The translations under genes and the position numbers were made by a program. Under the pieces are notes generated by a model. That model saw only the letters and a list, made by a program, of their open reading frames with translations. It was not told the origin of the DNA and made no database searches. A stretch of DNA of 63,237 nt, the filler included, from Globobulimina sp. (Eukaryota), in assembly GCA_003354225.1 (NCBI GenBank). It is 25 parts of 25 records of this genome, joined end to end, with 100 filler letters (N's around TTAATTAATTAA, not from the genome) between each part and the next. Parts side by side here need not be neighbours in the genome. Positions count along the whole stretch, not along the records: positions 32,950 to 35,382 come from PIVH01006709.1; positions 35,483 to 37,915 come from PIVH01006710.1; positions 38,016 to 40,448 come from PIVH01006711.1; positions 40,549 to 42,981 come from PIVH01006712.1; positions 43,082 to 45,514 come from PIVH01006713.1; positions 45,615 to 48,046 come from PIVH01006714.1; 19 more parts are not named here. The stretch is one strand, 5' to 3'. Below are positions 32,850 to 45,615 of the stretch, piece by piece. How positions within the stretch are numbered: position 1 is the stretch's first letter; every line of letters starts with the position of its first letter.

Positions 32850-33323
32850 NNNNNNNNNNNNNNNNNNNNNNNNNNNNNNNNNNNNNNNNNNNNTTAATTA
32901 ATTAANNNNNNNNNNNNNNNNNNNNNNNNNNNNNNNNNNNNNNNNNNNNTATTTGTCCATATTGTGTTTGCAAATTAATGGTATTTACAGCACAATTGGT
33001 ACAAAGACAGACGCTCTACTTTAAGGTTTGCCGTACGTATTTCTAATTTCTTGCCATATGTACGGTATAGTATACAGTATAAATCTCTTTGACGATGAAT
33101 GCGGCATACAGTATATGGTTATGCTGACTGCTGACATGCAAGAGGTGATCATCTGGATCACCGGATAATGAGATGGTAAATCGATGATAATTCTCATAAA
33201 AAAAAACTGAAGGCGCAACTTAACTATGTCACAAACAGCAGCTGGTAAAATGACCATTGACTACGCCAAATCGCATCACCAAAAACAATTCAATTTGCGT
33301 CTGCAAATAATTAATTATTCATT

Positions 33324-35363
33324 ATGTTTCCAAACATTTATCATTTGTTTCATTTTCTGTTGATTAACTTGATTTGCATACAATTTGTGTCATGTTCCGA
33401 ATATGAGACCCTTCGACGTATTCCAAAATCAATGAACACAAATTCCATCATACAAATATTCCAATCGGATGATTTTGACTCGTACCATGTAAATATTAGT
33501 TTTTACATTGCAGCATCAAAAAAATGTGCTAAATTAACAGAATGTGATGAAATACAAATTATGGACACTCTTTTAACTTATTTACACATTCGATTTTGGC
33601 ATCATATCACAGAACAACATTTAATTCGATTTTTAAAACCTTTGGTATTCAAAACAACCAAAACAATGCAATTTTATGAGAAAATGTATCAAATTTACAG
33701 CTATTTCAACAAATATTTTTTACAAACACTGTTAGGAACAGCACAAACTTCAAGAAAAATTTTATCCGTATTACTTAGGAATTGTTTCACAAATCTTGAT
33801 GCAACAACTTCTTTATTGATATTGCATCAAATGCGTGCAACACAGACCATTGACCTAAAACAAATATCGAAGTTCGTTAGCATTTGTTTCCAAACCGATG
33901 ATATCAAGACTTTGATTCAATTCATACTTCAATTCAATGCCTATGGCCATCGTATGGTTACTGAGGTATTTGGTGATGTGTACAAAGTTGCACCTTCCAT
34001 CGCGATCAAGTACATTGGTAAATTATTTCGAGCATTACTCGATGAGCAAAGACATCAAACTGTGATTGATTTGGGTCAAGAAATGATGGAATTTAATTTG
34101 ATGATAAGTACAGAATTAATGCATTTTCAAACATTGGCCATGATTAATATTATCAAATCCAACCAAGATAACCAGAAAATTCCTCGATTGGAATCCTCAT
34201 TAGATTTGATTTCAGAAAATATTTATCGAGCAACACTGGTTCCTTCTCTTCAAACTGACGGAGAAGAAATTGCTAGGATGAAAACCATCATTCACTCGGA
34301 TATTATTGCAACAATTGAGTTATTTAAAAATAATGATTTGGGAAGAATAGTGTTGAAAATTGATAAATGGTGTTCTCATCCACAAAGATCATGGATATTA
34401 TTATTGGAACCTGGAAAATTTGATCTTCGCGGCTGGCAAACTGAAAATTTACCATTTTTATTGGAGTATATTGTGGGGTCTAAAAGCATTGATAGATCAG
34501 TACAATTGGAGTTATTTTTTGATCCATCGCAACAAAGTATAATTGAACGTATTTTATGCAACGCCATTGGATGCACGGACAGTCCCTATTTAATGCTCGA
34601 TGCGCTGTTTGCGACCTATTCTTTGCCAATTTCATCAAAGATTGGCCTGTATTTATTAGCATCAAAAAGAGCTCCAGATTTCCCAGACTTTGATATTTCC
34701 ATTGCAATCATGCAAATCCTGACAAACAATGTAAAAGCAGAATTTTGGGAAACTGTGAGAGAGCAGGAATTAATGCAATTATTACAACCAATGGCTGAGA
34801 GAACCACAAATCCCAAGGAATTCTATGAAAAATTGAGGCAAATTTATACTCTTTGTAAGAATGTTCAACCTTTGGGAATGTCAATGGAATCGCAATCCAT
34901 TTTAGAATGTTTGACTCAATCAACTCTTTCAAGTGGTGGTGATATCGAAACATTATTAAAACACAGATTGCTGCAGCAAGTTACCAGCGCCATTCACTTA
35001 TTTTCAACTGAAAACGATACAACTTTTATTATGCAATTAATTGATAGGTATCATGACAACGATGCATTTCATCAATTTTTAGTGTATCATTTGGTGCATC
35101 ATTTTACTGATTTTAGTAATAATGATAAAGGTGAAAGAAATGATGAAATCACAGCAAGAATCGCAGTTTTATCGCATGATTTATTCAATCAAAATAAATA
35201 CAGAATTGTTGTGCTTTTCGTTGAAGGAATAATTGAGTCCAAAGGTGTTTACATTGATTTGGCAATATTAAGATATCAGTTGTTATCAATCAATGAAAAG
35301 GCGCATAAAACACCAATCCACACACTTTATATGGATATTTTTCAAATAAATTACAAAAAATGA
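33324..35363 (+). CDS. Secreted helical protein with an internal domain duplication
   Basis: Signal peptide; two related blocks 'FW....EQ.L...L.P....T.....FYEK..QIY'. Confidence 0.7.
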   Translation: MFPNIYHLFHFLLINLICIQFVSCSEYETLRRIPKSMNTNSIIQIFQSDDFDSYHVNISFYIAASKKCAKLTECDEIQIMDTLLTYLHIRFWHHITEQHLIRFLKPLVFKTTKTMQFYEKMYQIYSYFNKYFLQTLLGTAQTSRKILSVLLRNCFTNLDATTSLLILHQMRATQTIDLKQISKFVSICFQTDDIKTLIQFILQFNAYGHRMVTEVFGDVYKVAPSIAIKYIGKLFRALLDEQRHQTVIDLGQEMMEFNLMISTELMHFQTLAMINIIKSNQDNQKIPRLESSLDLISENIYRATLVPSLQTDGEEIARMKTIIHSDIIATIELFKNNDLGRIVLKIDKWCSHPQRSWILLLEPGKFDLRGWQTENLPFLLEYIVGSKSIDRSVQLELFFDPSQQSIIERILCNAIGCTDSPYLMLDALFATYSLPISSKIGLYLLASKRAPDFPDFDISIAIMQILTNNVKAEFWETVREQELMQLLQPMAERTTNPKEFYEKLRQIYTLCKNVQPLGMSMESQSILECLTQSTLSSGGDIETLLKHRLLQQVTSAIHLFSTENDTTFIMQLIDRYHDNDAFHQFLVYHLVHHFTDFSNNDKGERNDEITARIAVLSHDLFNQNKYRIVVLFVEGIIESKGVYIDLAILRYQLLSINEKAHKTPIHTLYMDIFQINYKK

Positions 35364-35897
35364 ATTTTTTTTCATTTTTACANNNNNNNNNNNNNNNNNN
35401 NNNNNNNNNNNNNNNNNNNNNNNNNNTTAATTAATTAANNNNNNNNNNNNNNNNNNNNNNNNNNNNNNNNNNNNNNNNNNNNTATCATGTACAACGGAAG
35501 CGTTTCTTCGGTGCAATTACGATGCTATATACTACATATTCCGACCAAGAGATTTGCGATGGAAACATAGGAAGATGATATTGATGGCTATAGTTTCTTT
35601 CGTGATGAATACAGGAAGATTACGAATGAATTGATAATATCAATATGAATTTGACTTTGACTCAATATGACTCAATGTATTCTAAGATTTATTATTTGCT
35701 TTATTCTATGAAGCCCTTATGCGCAGAAGTGAGTAAGTCACCAAAGTGTATTTTTTTTGAATATTTTTATTTTGAAAAACCTTTTTTGCTTTTCCTTCTT
35801 TAATTTTATTATTTGATGTTTGTATATAAGGTTATGAGTTGTTTTAGATTGTTTTATTTTCTTTTGCATGCAAGATAGATCTCAGGCTTATGATGAT

Positions 35898-36893
35898 TAG
35901 GGGTGTCCGATATGTAAAAGGTTTTTTTTCTGTTTGAAAAGGTTTTTTTTTAAAGTACTGATCTTATCAAACACCTTGCAAAGCGGCACTATGCCAGTCT
36001 CACATCGTAATACATTGATGCTATTATTGTTAGTATGAATAACGAATGAAACTGCACAAGAACAACGAGAACAATCGGGAGGAAGCGAGTGCCATCGATA
36101 AGAAACACAAAAGTTATCGCAGTGCGTTTATGCAAGGAAAGGGCCACAAAAAAGGCAAAAAGAAGAAATACAAAATTGGTGAGAATAACGACGGGATCAA
36201 TGATCCGCGCTTGGATTTGGTGGCTGTGTTGAAACACATTATGGAGAAAGCAAAAAATGTGAATGATTCGGTGACATTTATGTTAGATCCGACCTGTTTG
36301 AATGGATACATTTAGAGGGTAAAAGAGCCAATGCTTTTGGACTGGATTCAGCAAAATATCCAATATACGGAAGAATGCATAAGCGCCGTACAAAGCGGCA
36401 TTGTCGCAAAATAATTTGATGGATTTGCCAAAATAATTTGATGGATAATTTGATGGGCAAACCGGATAAAAAGGAATATAAAACGAGCCTACACAAGTTA
36501 AATAGTCGCCTAAATAGTCGCATAGGTTTCCTAAATAGTTGACTAAATAGTCACCATTTTCCGTTTCTGTATTGAAATAGTCACTAAATAGTTGCCTATT
36601 TTCGTTTTTGTATTGAAATAGTTACTAAATAGTCGCCCCTTTTCGTTTTTGTCACTAAATAGTCACAAATAGTCACTAAATAGTCACATATTGACTAATT
36701 AACTTGTGTAGGCTCTATAAAACATTTGAGGCATTTAAAGCAGATATAAAATTTGTTTCCTTTACGTTTTGGCATATTATCGAATGACTTTTAACGCGCC
36801 GACTGACTTTGTACTGAAGTTATCGAACTGAATGAAAAAAAGTAAGCTGTTTGAAAAGTTTTTTAAAAAATCAGTACTTATCGGACACCCCTA
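35898..36893. mobile_element. ~1-kb non-autonomous element with short TIRs
   Basis: TAGGGGTGTCCGATA at 35898-35912 and TATCGGACACCCCTA at 36879-36893; contains a decayed basic ORF and a nested MITE. Confidence 0.7.
36485..36715. mobile_element. 231-bp MITE with 17-bp TIRs and 8-bp TSD
   Basis: GAGCCTACACAAGTTAA (36485-36501) / TTAACTTGTGTAGGCTC (36699-36715); TATAAAAC at 36477-36484 and 36716-36723; internal AAATAGT(C/T) repeats. Confidence 0.92.
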
Positions 36894-36966
36894 TTTGTAT
36901 GCTGTCCAAATTCTACAGCTGAAATACGTAGTGCGTTGACCTCGAACTTTAAATAGTAAAAGTTTA

Positions 36967-37587
36967 ATGGCTAATCGTATGATAATTAGTGAAAGTGACA
37001 TTAGCTATCATAAGGCTGCATGGGCTGCTTGGGTGACATTAGCGGAACAATTGTGTTTCCAAAAAGTGGTAATAATCAATCAAAAATATACGACTGTGCT
37101 TGCAGCCAATAAAGATGCAGATATAACCACATTGTTTCAATTTAAACCAACATGGAAGACTGTAATTTGTGGTGAATTAATATTATCAAATTGGTTTCGT
37201 ACAATTGCAGCTTATAAGAATAAGGATGATAAAGAATCAGTTTTTCCAATTGATGTTAAAAATTTATGCTTGCAATATGGATTCGCTGTAAATGAAATCG
37301 AAGAATTGAAAAAAGATTGGAAACTAAAAAATCGAAACGAATTAAAAGGAACCATACATTTATTTGGAACTAAATATTTCGTGGTGCATCGGGACGAACG
37401 AAATGGAGAATGGATTGTTGGCAGATTCGAAAATAACTGTGTTTTTGCATTGCAATGTAAAACTATTTGGTTTGTTGTTGCTGCACCAATTCAAGGAAGG
37501 AATTCAAAGAACGTGAAACCGATACAAAAACTATTTATGGATTTCATGACAAATATTGCATATCCATTGCTTGATGCCGATGTTTGA
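36967..37587 (+). CDS. Divergent profilin-like protein with an inserted F-box-like motif
   Basis: N-terminal W..WV, 'IHLFGTKYFVV', followed by beta strands and a C-terminal helix. Confidence 0.55.
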   Translation: MANRMIISESDISYHKAAWAAWVTLAEQLCFQKVVIINQKYTTVLAANKDADITTLFQFKPTWKTVICGELILSNWFRTIAAYKNKDDKESVFPIDVKNLCLQYGFAVNEIEELKKDWKLKNRNELKGTIHLFGTKYFVVHRDERNGEWIVGRFENNCVFALQCKTIWFVVAAPIQGRNSKNVKPIQKLFMDFMTNIAYPLLDADV

Positions 37588-38015
37588 ACAAAATGTGTTG
37601 CATGGATAATATTATTATAACAGGGTCTAAACTCTAAAGTGTGCAGTAATTTTATAAGCTATTTTCAGAGAATGCAGCTGTACTGATCTGTGAAAACCTT
37701 TCAAGTGAAGCCATCGCATTTTTGGCTTTATTTATTGGAAACAATAACAGATACGTACGGTCACTGTGATAGCTGACTGGTTAATGGCTCAAACTATTTG
37801 GAAGGAGTGAAACAAAATTTCTGTTTTCAAACAACCAATTGATGAATCTACAAACTAATAATTGCCACAGACATCAATAATTCTATCGGTATTTCCAAAA
37901 AAAAAGGCTGGGCCCNNNNNNNNNNNNNNNNNNNNNNNNNNNNNNNNNNNNNNNNNNNNTTAATTAATTAANNNNNNNNNNNNNNNNNNNNNNNNNNNNN
38001 NNNNNNNNNNNNNNN

Positions 38016-38320
38016 AAATGAGCGATATCATCCAAATAATTTGCATACATTTCACATAAAAACTCGCTAAATATGCTCTGACCGCTGCTGTCCTCATTTA
38101 ATATTTCATAATAAATCAACCCCGCAATTACTCGTTTTATTGCTTTACAGTCGTTCACTTTCTGCGTGCATTTATCGCTCTCATTATCCGTTTCATTTGT
38201 TTTGTTCTCTAAAAAAATATCAAAATCGATTAATGGTTTTGATGCATCATCGTTTTGTTTGTTTGTTTGTGTTGGCGGCACTGAGCGTTGTTTGTTTTCT
38301 TTTGACTGTTTACTGTCCAT
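38016..38320 (-). CDS. N-terminus of a second member of the 'C.AIKR...L.YY...YLDD..H' family, 3'-truncated
   Basis: DCKAIKRVIAGLIYY...YANYLDDIAH aligns with ECKSIGKLIEAIKYY...YQLLLDDYIH in ORF 7607-9487. Confidence 0.6.
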
Positions 38321-38552
38321 CGCGTATTTTAAGACATAATTAAAAAACAAAACTTCAAAAACACTTCATTTGTCGACCAAATGGACATATCATTCATTTA
38401 TGCTGTCGAGATAGAAAAAAACAAGTCGATTTCCGCAGTTGTCGTGAGAACGGTTTGTAAATTAAAAACATTAAATATTGAATTTATTAAGTTTACAATT
38501 AACACAACATATCGATTACTCATTAAATACCTTCTTTTACTGTTATATTAAT

Positions 38553-40420
38553 TTACAGTTCTCCTTTTCCCCAACAATTCACCCAACTGCTGATCATTTC
38601 TGACAGCATCCGAATTTCCCTGATATTGTTTGTACACATATATCGCAAAAAAGATGATCGAATGCAAACATCAGCGGAACACAAAACTTTGTCAACACCC
38701 ATTTTGTACCACCTTTGGGCAGCTTCAATATCAACAGCAACTCCTAAACCTTCCTCATACATAATAGCGACATTATTTGCACCATCAGAATTTCCATCCA
38801 TTGCTAATTTCCGATAAATAGCAAATGCCTTTGCATAACTTTGTAAAATACCTCCAGATCCACTAAAATAACAATCGCCAACTTTCAATGCAGACAATTC
38901 ATGCCCAGCTTGTGATGCCCTCTCAAAATATTGCAATGCCAAATGCATATTAATTGGAACATGATATCCTTTCTCATGCATTAAACCCAAATAATACCAA
39001 CTTTCTGCATTACCATTTTGCGATGCTTTCAAGAAATATTTAAATGCATTTTCGTGTTGGTTTTGTTTCAAAAACAAATACCCCAAATTGACAAATGAGG
39101 CAAAATAATTTTGCGACGCAGATTTGTTGTACCATTCAAATGCTTTGGATTCATTTTTTTGTAGACCTTTACCAAATTCATAGCAATGTGCTAAATTGTT
39201 TTGCGACGCAGCATGTCCTTTATTTGCTGATTCAGTCAAAACAGTAATTGCTTGATGATACTCTTTCGAATTCGAATCGGAATTATTTAATAAAATAACA
39301 GCTAAATTATTTTTTGCTTCTAAGTGTCCATTATCTGCTGCTTTTCGATACCATTTCATCTTTGTGAACGACCCACAGTGTCATATGTTTATAATGGAAA
39401 GAAAATGCACACTTAACAGATAATTGTATATCGGGTTGAAGATAATCAGCAATGCCACGTTCATATAAACCCGCCAATGCTGTTTGGGCCGCAGCATGAC
39501 CTCGTTCTGATGCCTTGATTGTTGCATAGAAGTGATAGAATACACAATAATAAACAGTGTTTGGCACAAATATATTTAACTTGTTTGTACAGCGTCAGTG
39601 CTTTAGGAATATCATTGTATATAACATGGCGATAGTATAAGTTGGCTAAATTTGTCATTGCGTCAAGATTTCTTAATTCAATTGACAATTTGTAATATTT
39701 TATAGCTTTCTCAATGCTTTGGATGCAGCCAATTCCTTTTTCATACATCATAGCCAAATGATTCATGCCATCGGAATTGTTTAGTTCTGCAGATTTTGTA
39801 TAAAATTCAACTGCTTTTTCATAGTTTACTTTTGATCCATGACCAAAATATGACCGATGGCCTGCAATGCACTGCAACTCACCGCGTGTTGTTTTGCTTA
39901 TTATTTTATTTAATTTCTTCTCCCCAACTAAGGCCATTTCCTGTTTGTATAAATCATATTTGTTTGCAATCAAACCAGTCAATAACTGAATAATGTGTTA
40001 ACTAAACCAGCGGAGTAATTCTGTTTCCAATGTCAATATTTAAGTGCTTTAATCGATCATTAAATAATGAATTTCGACGAAATCGCGCCTTCAATGCACT
40101 GTTTTAAAGCAAAATAGTTAACACAACAAAAACAAAAACAAAATGGCATAAATATATCTTTGTAACTTTTCAAGAATGTTTTTTGCAGAAATTAAAGTTT
40201 CGGAAATATTCATTATGCACTTATGTATATCCATATCGTTGTTTCTTCCCCAGAGCTCATCAACGTATTTGTCACTGAATTGCTACATTAAATGTAAAGG
40301 CATTTAGACTAAATTCGAACAGTAAACGAAATACATTAACATACATTAAACTGCATCATTGTTTGTTGTATTTGTTTGGATGACTTTGTTCTGCCATTAT
40401 CTCTTTGACATAACGCTCTG
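38553..40420 (-). CDS. Sel1-like repeat protein, multi-exon; boundaries approximate
   Basis: Repeated A...LA..YE.G.G......A..WY.KAA..G motifs across ORFs separated by short GT..AG introns. Confidence 0.88.
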
Positions 40421-42414
40421 ATTTGGTTTGATATAACTAATATATATANNNNNNNNNNNNNNNNNNNNNNNNNNNNNNNNNNNNNNNNNNNNTTAATTAA
40501 TTAANNNNNNNNNNNNNNNNNNNNNNNNNNNNNNNNNNNNNNNNNNNNCTATAGTTTAAATTGTAATTTTGGTAATAATGTTTTTATGATTTGTTTAGAT
40601 TTGGTTTGATTATGTAAATAATACATTAATATCTGTTAAATATACAATTCCCAATTCATTTGAAGCAATACAACAATATGAAACATTATTATTTATAAAA
40701 ACATTATTATATATTATTAAATTTTAACATATAATTCATACAATAATGATGGCTTTAATATGTATAAGGGATTACAAACACGTATACCGCAATTAAATTA
40801 ATTGAAGTTAGCTGTATTTACAATATTGGCATCTATATTCATTGATAAATTATGTGTTGTAATCCCAGTTGTATTTAAAACAATTTTTTTGATTATTATG
40901 TCGCTTATTACTCGTCTCGTGAATTGATACAATTATCGCAATTTATTATAAAATATCAAATCGTTTTTCTTGTTTATAGTCATTTGTATTAAAATTAAAG
41001 TCATTTTTATTAATAACGCGCTCATTGCCATCATTTCTTACGTTAAATAGATTAAATTTAGCTGCATTTGCATCATTTGCATCATTTGTAATGTTTTGCC
41101 ATAAAATTTGAATCAGAAAATGTTGTGTTGTTTGTGCGAATTTGCCGTATTGTTCTTTGTTTATACGCCGTATTTAAAACGTGATTAAAATGATACATGT
41201 CATTAAGCTCAGTGCAGTCTCATTATTTGCAAATGTTTTACGTGTTTTGCTGTTATATTATTTCGCATTGTATGTTTAAATGAATTTAAATGTTGTGCAG
41301 TTATTAAGGTACGGGTTGGATGTGAATTATAAGCAGTATTAAATTCATTTTTTGACATAGAATCATCGTCAAAATCAAAATCATTTGTGTGCATAAAGGA
41401 TTTGTATATAATATAACTATATTATAAGTTTGTTGTTGCTGTGATTTATATTATTAAACAAGCAAATTACTGCAATTTTACACGCGTATAATTTGCGAGC
41501 CGCCTTAAACATTGGTATGTAATGTAATGTTAAAAGTGTTTATATACGTAAACATCCTTCATTTTCTATAAAATATACACAGGCTCAACGGGTCTGTGGT
41601 CCATTAAAACGTTTTCAGAGAACGCTATGGAGTTATTATTGGATTTATGATTTGATTTTTTATTAACATGGCATACCGCCCTCAAGTTACATGTCAATAA
41701 ATACAAAATGGAGCGGACAATGGGATGTTTTATGGCAATGTTTTGAAGATATATAACATTTTTATTTTTATAGTTTATTTGCAAGTGAATATGTATGGAC
41801 CTCTACATATTCATTGACATTAATGGTACGTACCTGTGTAACATTTGTCGTATTGCATATGGTTTGATATGGTTTAAAGCCATTGATATTGTACTTATAT
41901 TGTACAGTAATTGTAATATTTGTTATATTAATACGTATTTGGATGGCAATGCAATGGAATCATTTAAAATATACATATTATAATCAATATTTATAATGTA
42001 TCATTTATAGATGGTTTGCAATCTGAATTCGGGGTTAAATATTTATTTTTAATTATCATCATATTTATTTTTAATCATATCATATCTCTCTGGACCACCA
42101 ATGGGCAGTGTTTCATATATTATTTATTACATTTTCTCGTATGTTTTATTATATATTATTTGTAGACATTTTCATTATTAAGTTAGGTTTGCATCGATCG
42201 GATTTTATTAAGTTTAGCAATCTGAATTATGTCAACACACACATATGCTTATGATAACCCTATCAAGCATGCGTTGTTGCACATATATTCAGTATATCTC
42301 ACAGGTGGACAATCACAAAGGTACCACCACTCAGTATTTCTATGGTTATGCCAACCCACACAAGCTATATCAAGCTGTGATGTTGCACATAACTGACATA
42401 TAATACTTATGTCT

Positions 42415-42660
42415 CGTCTGTGGGCCATAATGGTTACCACTCTCTCTCTGTACGTGGGCCATAAAGGTTATCCACCGTCTCTCTGTGGGCCGTAAAGGTT
42501 GCCACCGTCTAAGTATCTATCTGTGGGCCATAAAGGTTGTCCACCGTCTATTATATTTCTATCTGTGGGCCACAAAAGCTCCACAACTCACACTCGCTAT
42601 GGACCACATAAGGGAACCACGCTATCTCTCCGGTGGACCACGACCAAGGAACCACCACAA
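42415..42660 (+). repeat. Degenerate 30-45-bp tandem repeat, core GTGGGCCATAAAGGTT.CCACCGTCT
   Basis: About 5 good and 2 decayed copies in an otherwise very AT-rich non-coding contig. Confidence 0.75.
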
Positions 42661-43081
42661 CACACAACACGTACAAAGATACCAATGGGTCGCGACTCCC
42701 AATACAGTAAATTTGAATGGTATATGGATGTATCAATCAATCATAAATTTATATATTTTATTTCCTGGATTTGTTTTATTGGGTTTGGGTTTGGGTTTGG
42801 TTAGTTTGTACCAGGTTTTTTAGTGAGTTTTCATTTTTTTTTTGTATTTTTTTTTACATACTACAATAGCAACACATGCTAAAATTTATTGGTTTGGTTT
42901 TGTTAGTTTTGGTTTGGTTGGTTTTTAGTTTGTACCAGATTTTCAATCTAGTTTTCAACATTTTCAATCTGGTTTTCGTTTNNNNNNNNNNNNNNNNNNN
43001 NNNNNNNNNNNNNNNNNNNNNNNNNTTAATTAATTAANNNNNNNNNNNNNNNNNNNNNNNNNNNNNNNNNNNNNNNNNNNN

Positions 43082-44687
43082 TTTTGTCCTCGCACTATAA
43101 ACACAAAGAAAGGAACAATTTTTAGAATTTTGGCATAATTTACCAGCCAAATACCGTGAGAATGAGGACAATGAATCAGTGGCACGTCGCGACAGACACG
43201 CATTTATTGAACAACATTACACATTGAATGAAGATGCCTTTAAACATAATATTCATTCCTTACCAGACGATTTATCCACCAATGATCTAATTGTCCCGCC
43301 GCCACATACCATCATCAGAGACAAAATAAACACCGCAGTCCAACATTACATGCAATTAAATGATGAAAAGGAACAGCATCGCGATTATATGCATATGGAC
43401 GATAAAGAGAAAGGTTTCTCCATTAATGAGGAATTAACATCATTGACCATCACTCATTCCACTTCAAACCGAAAGAAACGAAAATTAAACCATAATAACT
43501 CGCGATCGTTTATTGTAAATGACTCTGATTCGGATTATTACAGTGATCTATGTTCAGATGATTTGGATTTAGAACCGAAATTATTCGGAGTTAAAATTGA
43601 AAACAATGAAAACCTAAATAATAATACAAGTGCACCATTAACACGCTCAAAAAGCAAAAAAAATGAAAACAACAAAGCGGAAAATGAGGAATCATACGAT
43701 ATATCCAATAAAATGGCATTATTACGCAATACAACCAAACCAAAACGCAAACGACGTAAAAGGAAAAAGAAGATGCCATCGTTAGAAAAGGATAAAAAAA
43801 ATACAAATAAAAATAAGCGTAGGAAGCGCGATGACCGTCCACATGTTTTATTTGCTGCCAATGTGGAGATGCCATTTTTTGATGAGCTGATACTTCCATT
43901 TAATAAATACCAAAACAAACGGAATGAGTTTAAAACGACCAATTCAAAGAAAGAGGTGAATTCCGTGACAAAATTGTCGCGTAATCATCGATTCCAAGAG
44001 ATTGAGAAAACAAAAGGTTGCAAATTACTGCGTGATAATGAATGTTTATTAAATGTGGCGATATTTCATAGTAATAAATCATCGGAGCGATATACCAAAT
44101 CGCACGAATACGTGGTACTGTCCACGCAGAGATTATGTGAATTACGCGATTGTTTTTATTGTTTAATGGATGAGACTCCCATCGGGCACCAAGTTAAAAA
44201 TTCATATTTCTTTATCGAGGATACGTTTTATGACGACAGCCGACATGACAATGCGCAGAGGATAAGCAATGATATTATTGATTGGAGTTTAAGGGAAGAA
44301 CATTGGCTACAAACTGGTGTTTATCAACATAAAGATATGCAAAATGTGCGTTTTTGTGATTTAAATATTCGATTAGGGTCACATTACTTATATGTGCACC
44401 AAGGGGACTGTCAACATGTGATTATATTCACACAGTGTAGGATTGCATCGAAATGGGATCAAAACAATTGTTATGTTTACCCGATTACAGTGTATAGACA
44501 GATATTGAAAAGACAAAAATGTGGTGTTTGTGAAATGTATCCTGCGAAATATGTAACGTATGGGGATAAATTGACGACACATAATCCATTCTTTTTTTGT
44601 GAACGGTGTTATTATCCATTTCATTATGATAAGAATGGTAAATTGTTATATCATGACTTTCAAGTCTTTGATTATATTCATGACTAA
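43082..44687 (+). CDS. SNAPC3: snRNA-activating protein complex subunit 3 (SNAP50), probably 5'-truncated
   Basis: Q.L.ELRD...C..D, S.FFIEDTFYDD.R, F.DL.IRLG..Y.Y.HQGDC.H, C..C...PA...T..D......P.FFC..CY..FHY...G. Confidence 0.92.
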
Positions 44688-44820
44688 TTTATGAATGACT
44701 TCTCTTTTTTTTTCTGAAAACGCGAATCTTAATAAATATGTATACAAGAATAAATATGTAACGCTCATTGTTAAAAGTAAGAATAAATATGTATACAAAA
44801 TTAATCAATGCTTGACACCA

Positions 44821-45514
44821 TCACAAACCGTCAGCTGTTGTATCATCCATTAATTGATACTGCTCCTGCTCATTATCAACCTGTTTTGAATTGAGAATTG
44901 ACAATTCTTCCATGTTTAAATCAGTCATCTTCTTCTGAGTATATTCCACACCAAATCGGTTCACAATAAAATGCATTCTTTTGCATAATTTATCATAACA
45001 TTCTGAAGAATGTATGAAATACGAATACGACAAATAAACACTGGCTAATTCGAGAAATAAACAAATGTTATAAAGTACACGAATAATCGGACCGATTGTA
45101 TACTTCTTTCTCGGATCATGACTTTTCTCCAATTTATGCATTGTTAATCTAGCAACCACATACAACATAACATCCAAATTCCTGAACAAAATTGCAAAAA
45201 CACTTAGTACCACATTCCTCGTAATTGCTTCAATAATTACTGTTTGATGCGGATTCAATGGAATTTTGCTAACTGCCTCATACTGCACAGACGGTGGGCT
45301 ATGTAATAATGGCACATCATTTAGTTTTGTGCGCGATGCCATTATCACTCGAAATAATTTTTTAACCAATAGAAAAGACAAAAATAATCCAAATAATACG
45401 CTTGAAATAAGAAACGTGATCAAAAGAGCTACATGATCTGAGGTGTAAAGCTTATAATTTATTAATATTCTCTCAAATAAGTGGAGTGATTCTATTATCG
45501 CAATAATACAAATT
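44821..45514 (-). CDS. 7TM-like protein, C-terminal part
   Basis: TM segments and the 'LSY......Y.KLC..MH' tail shared with the other 7TM ORFs here. Confidence 0.55.
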
Positions 45515-45615
45515 NNNNNNNNNNNNNNNNNNNNNNNNNNNNNNNNNNNNNNNNNNNNTTAATTAATTAANNNNNNNNNNNNNNNNNNNNNNNNNNNNNN
45601 NNNNNNNNNNNNNNC

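Noticed and set aside
42415-42660. Possible CRISPR array
   Set aside because: The repeats are degenerate, the intervening sequences are short and related to each other, and no cas genes are present.
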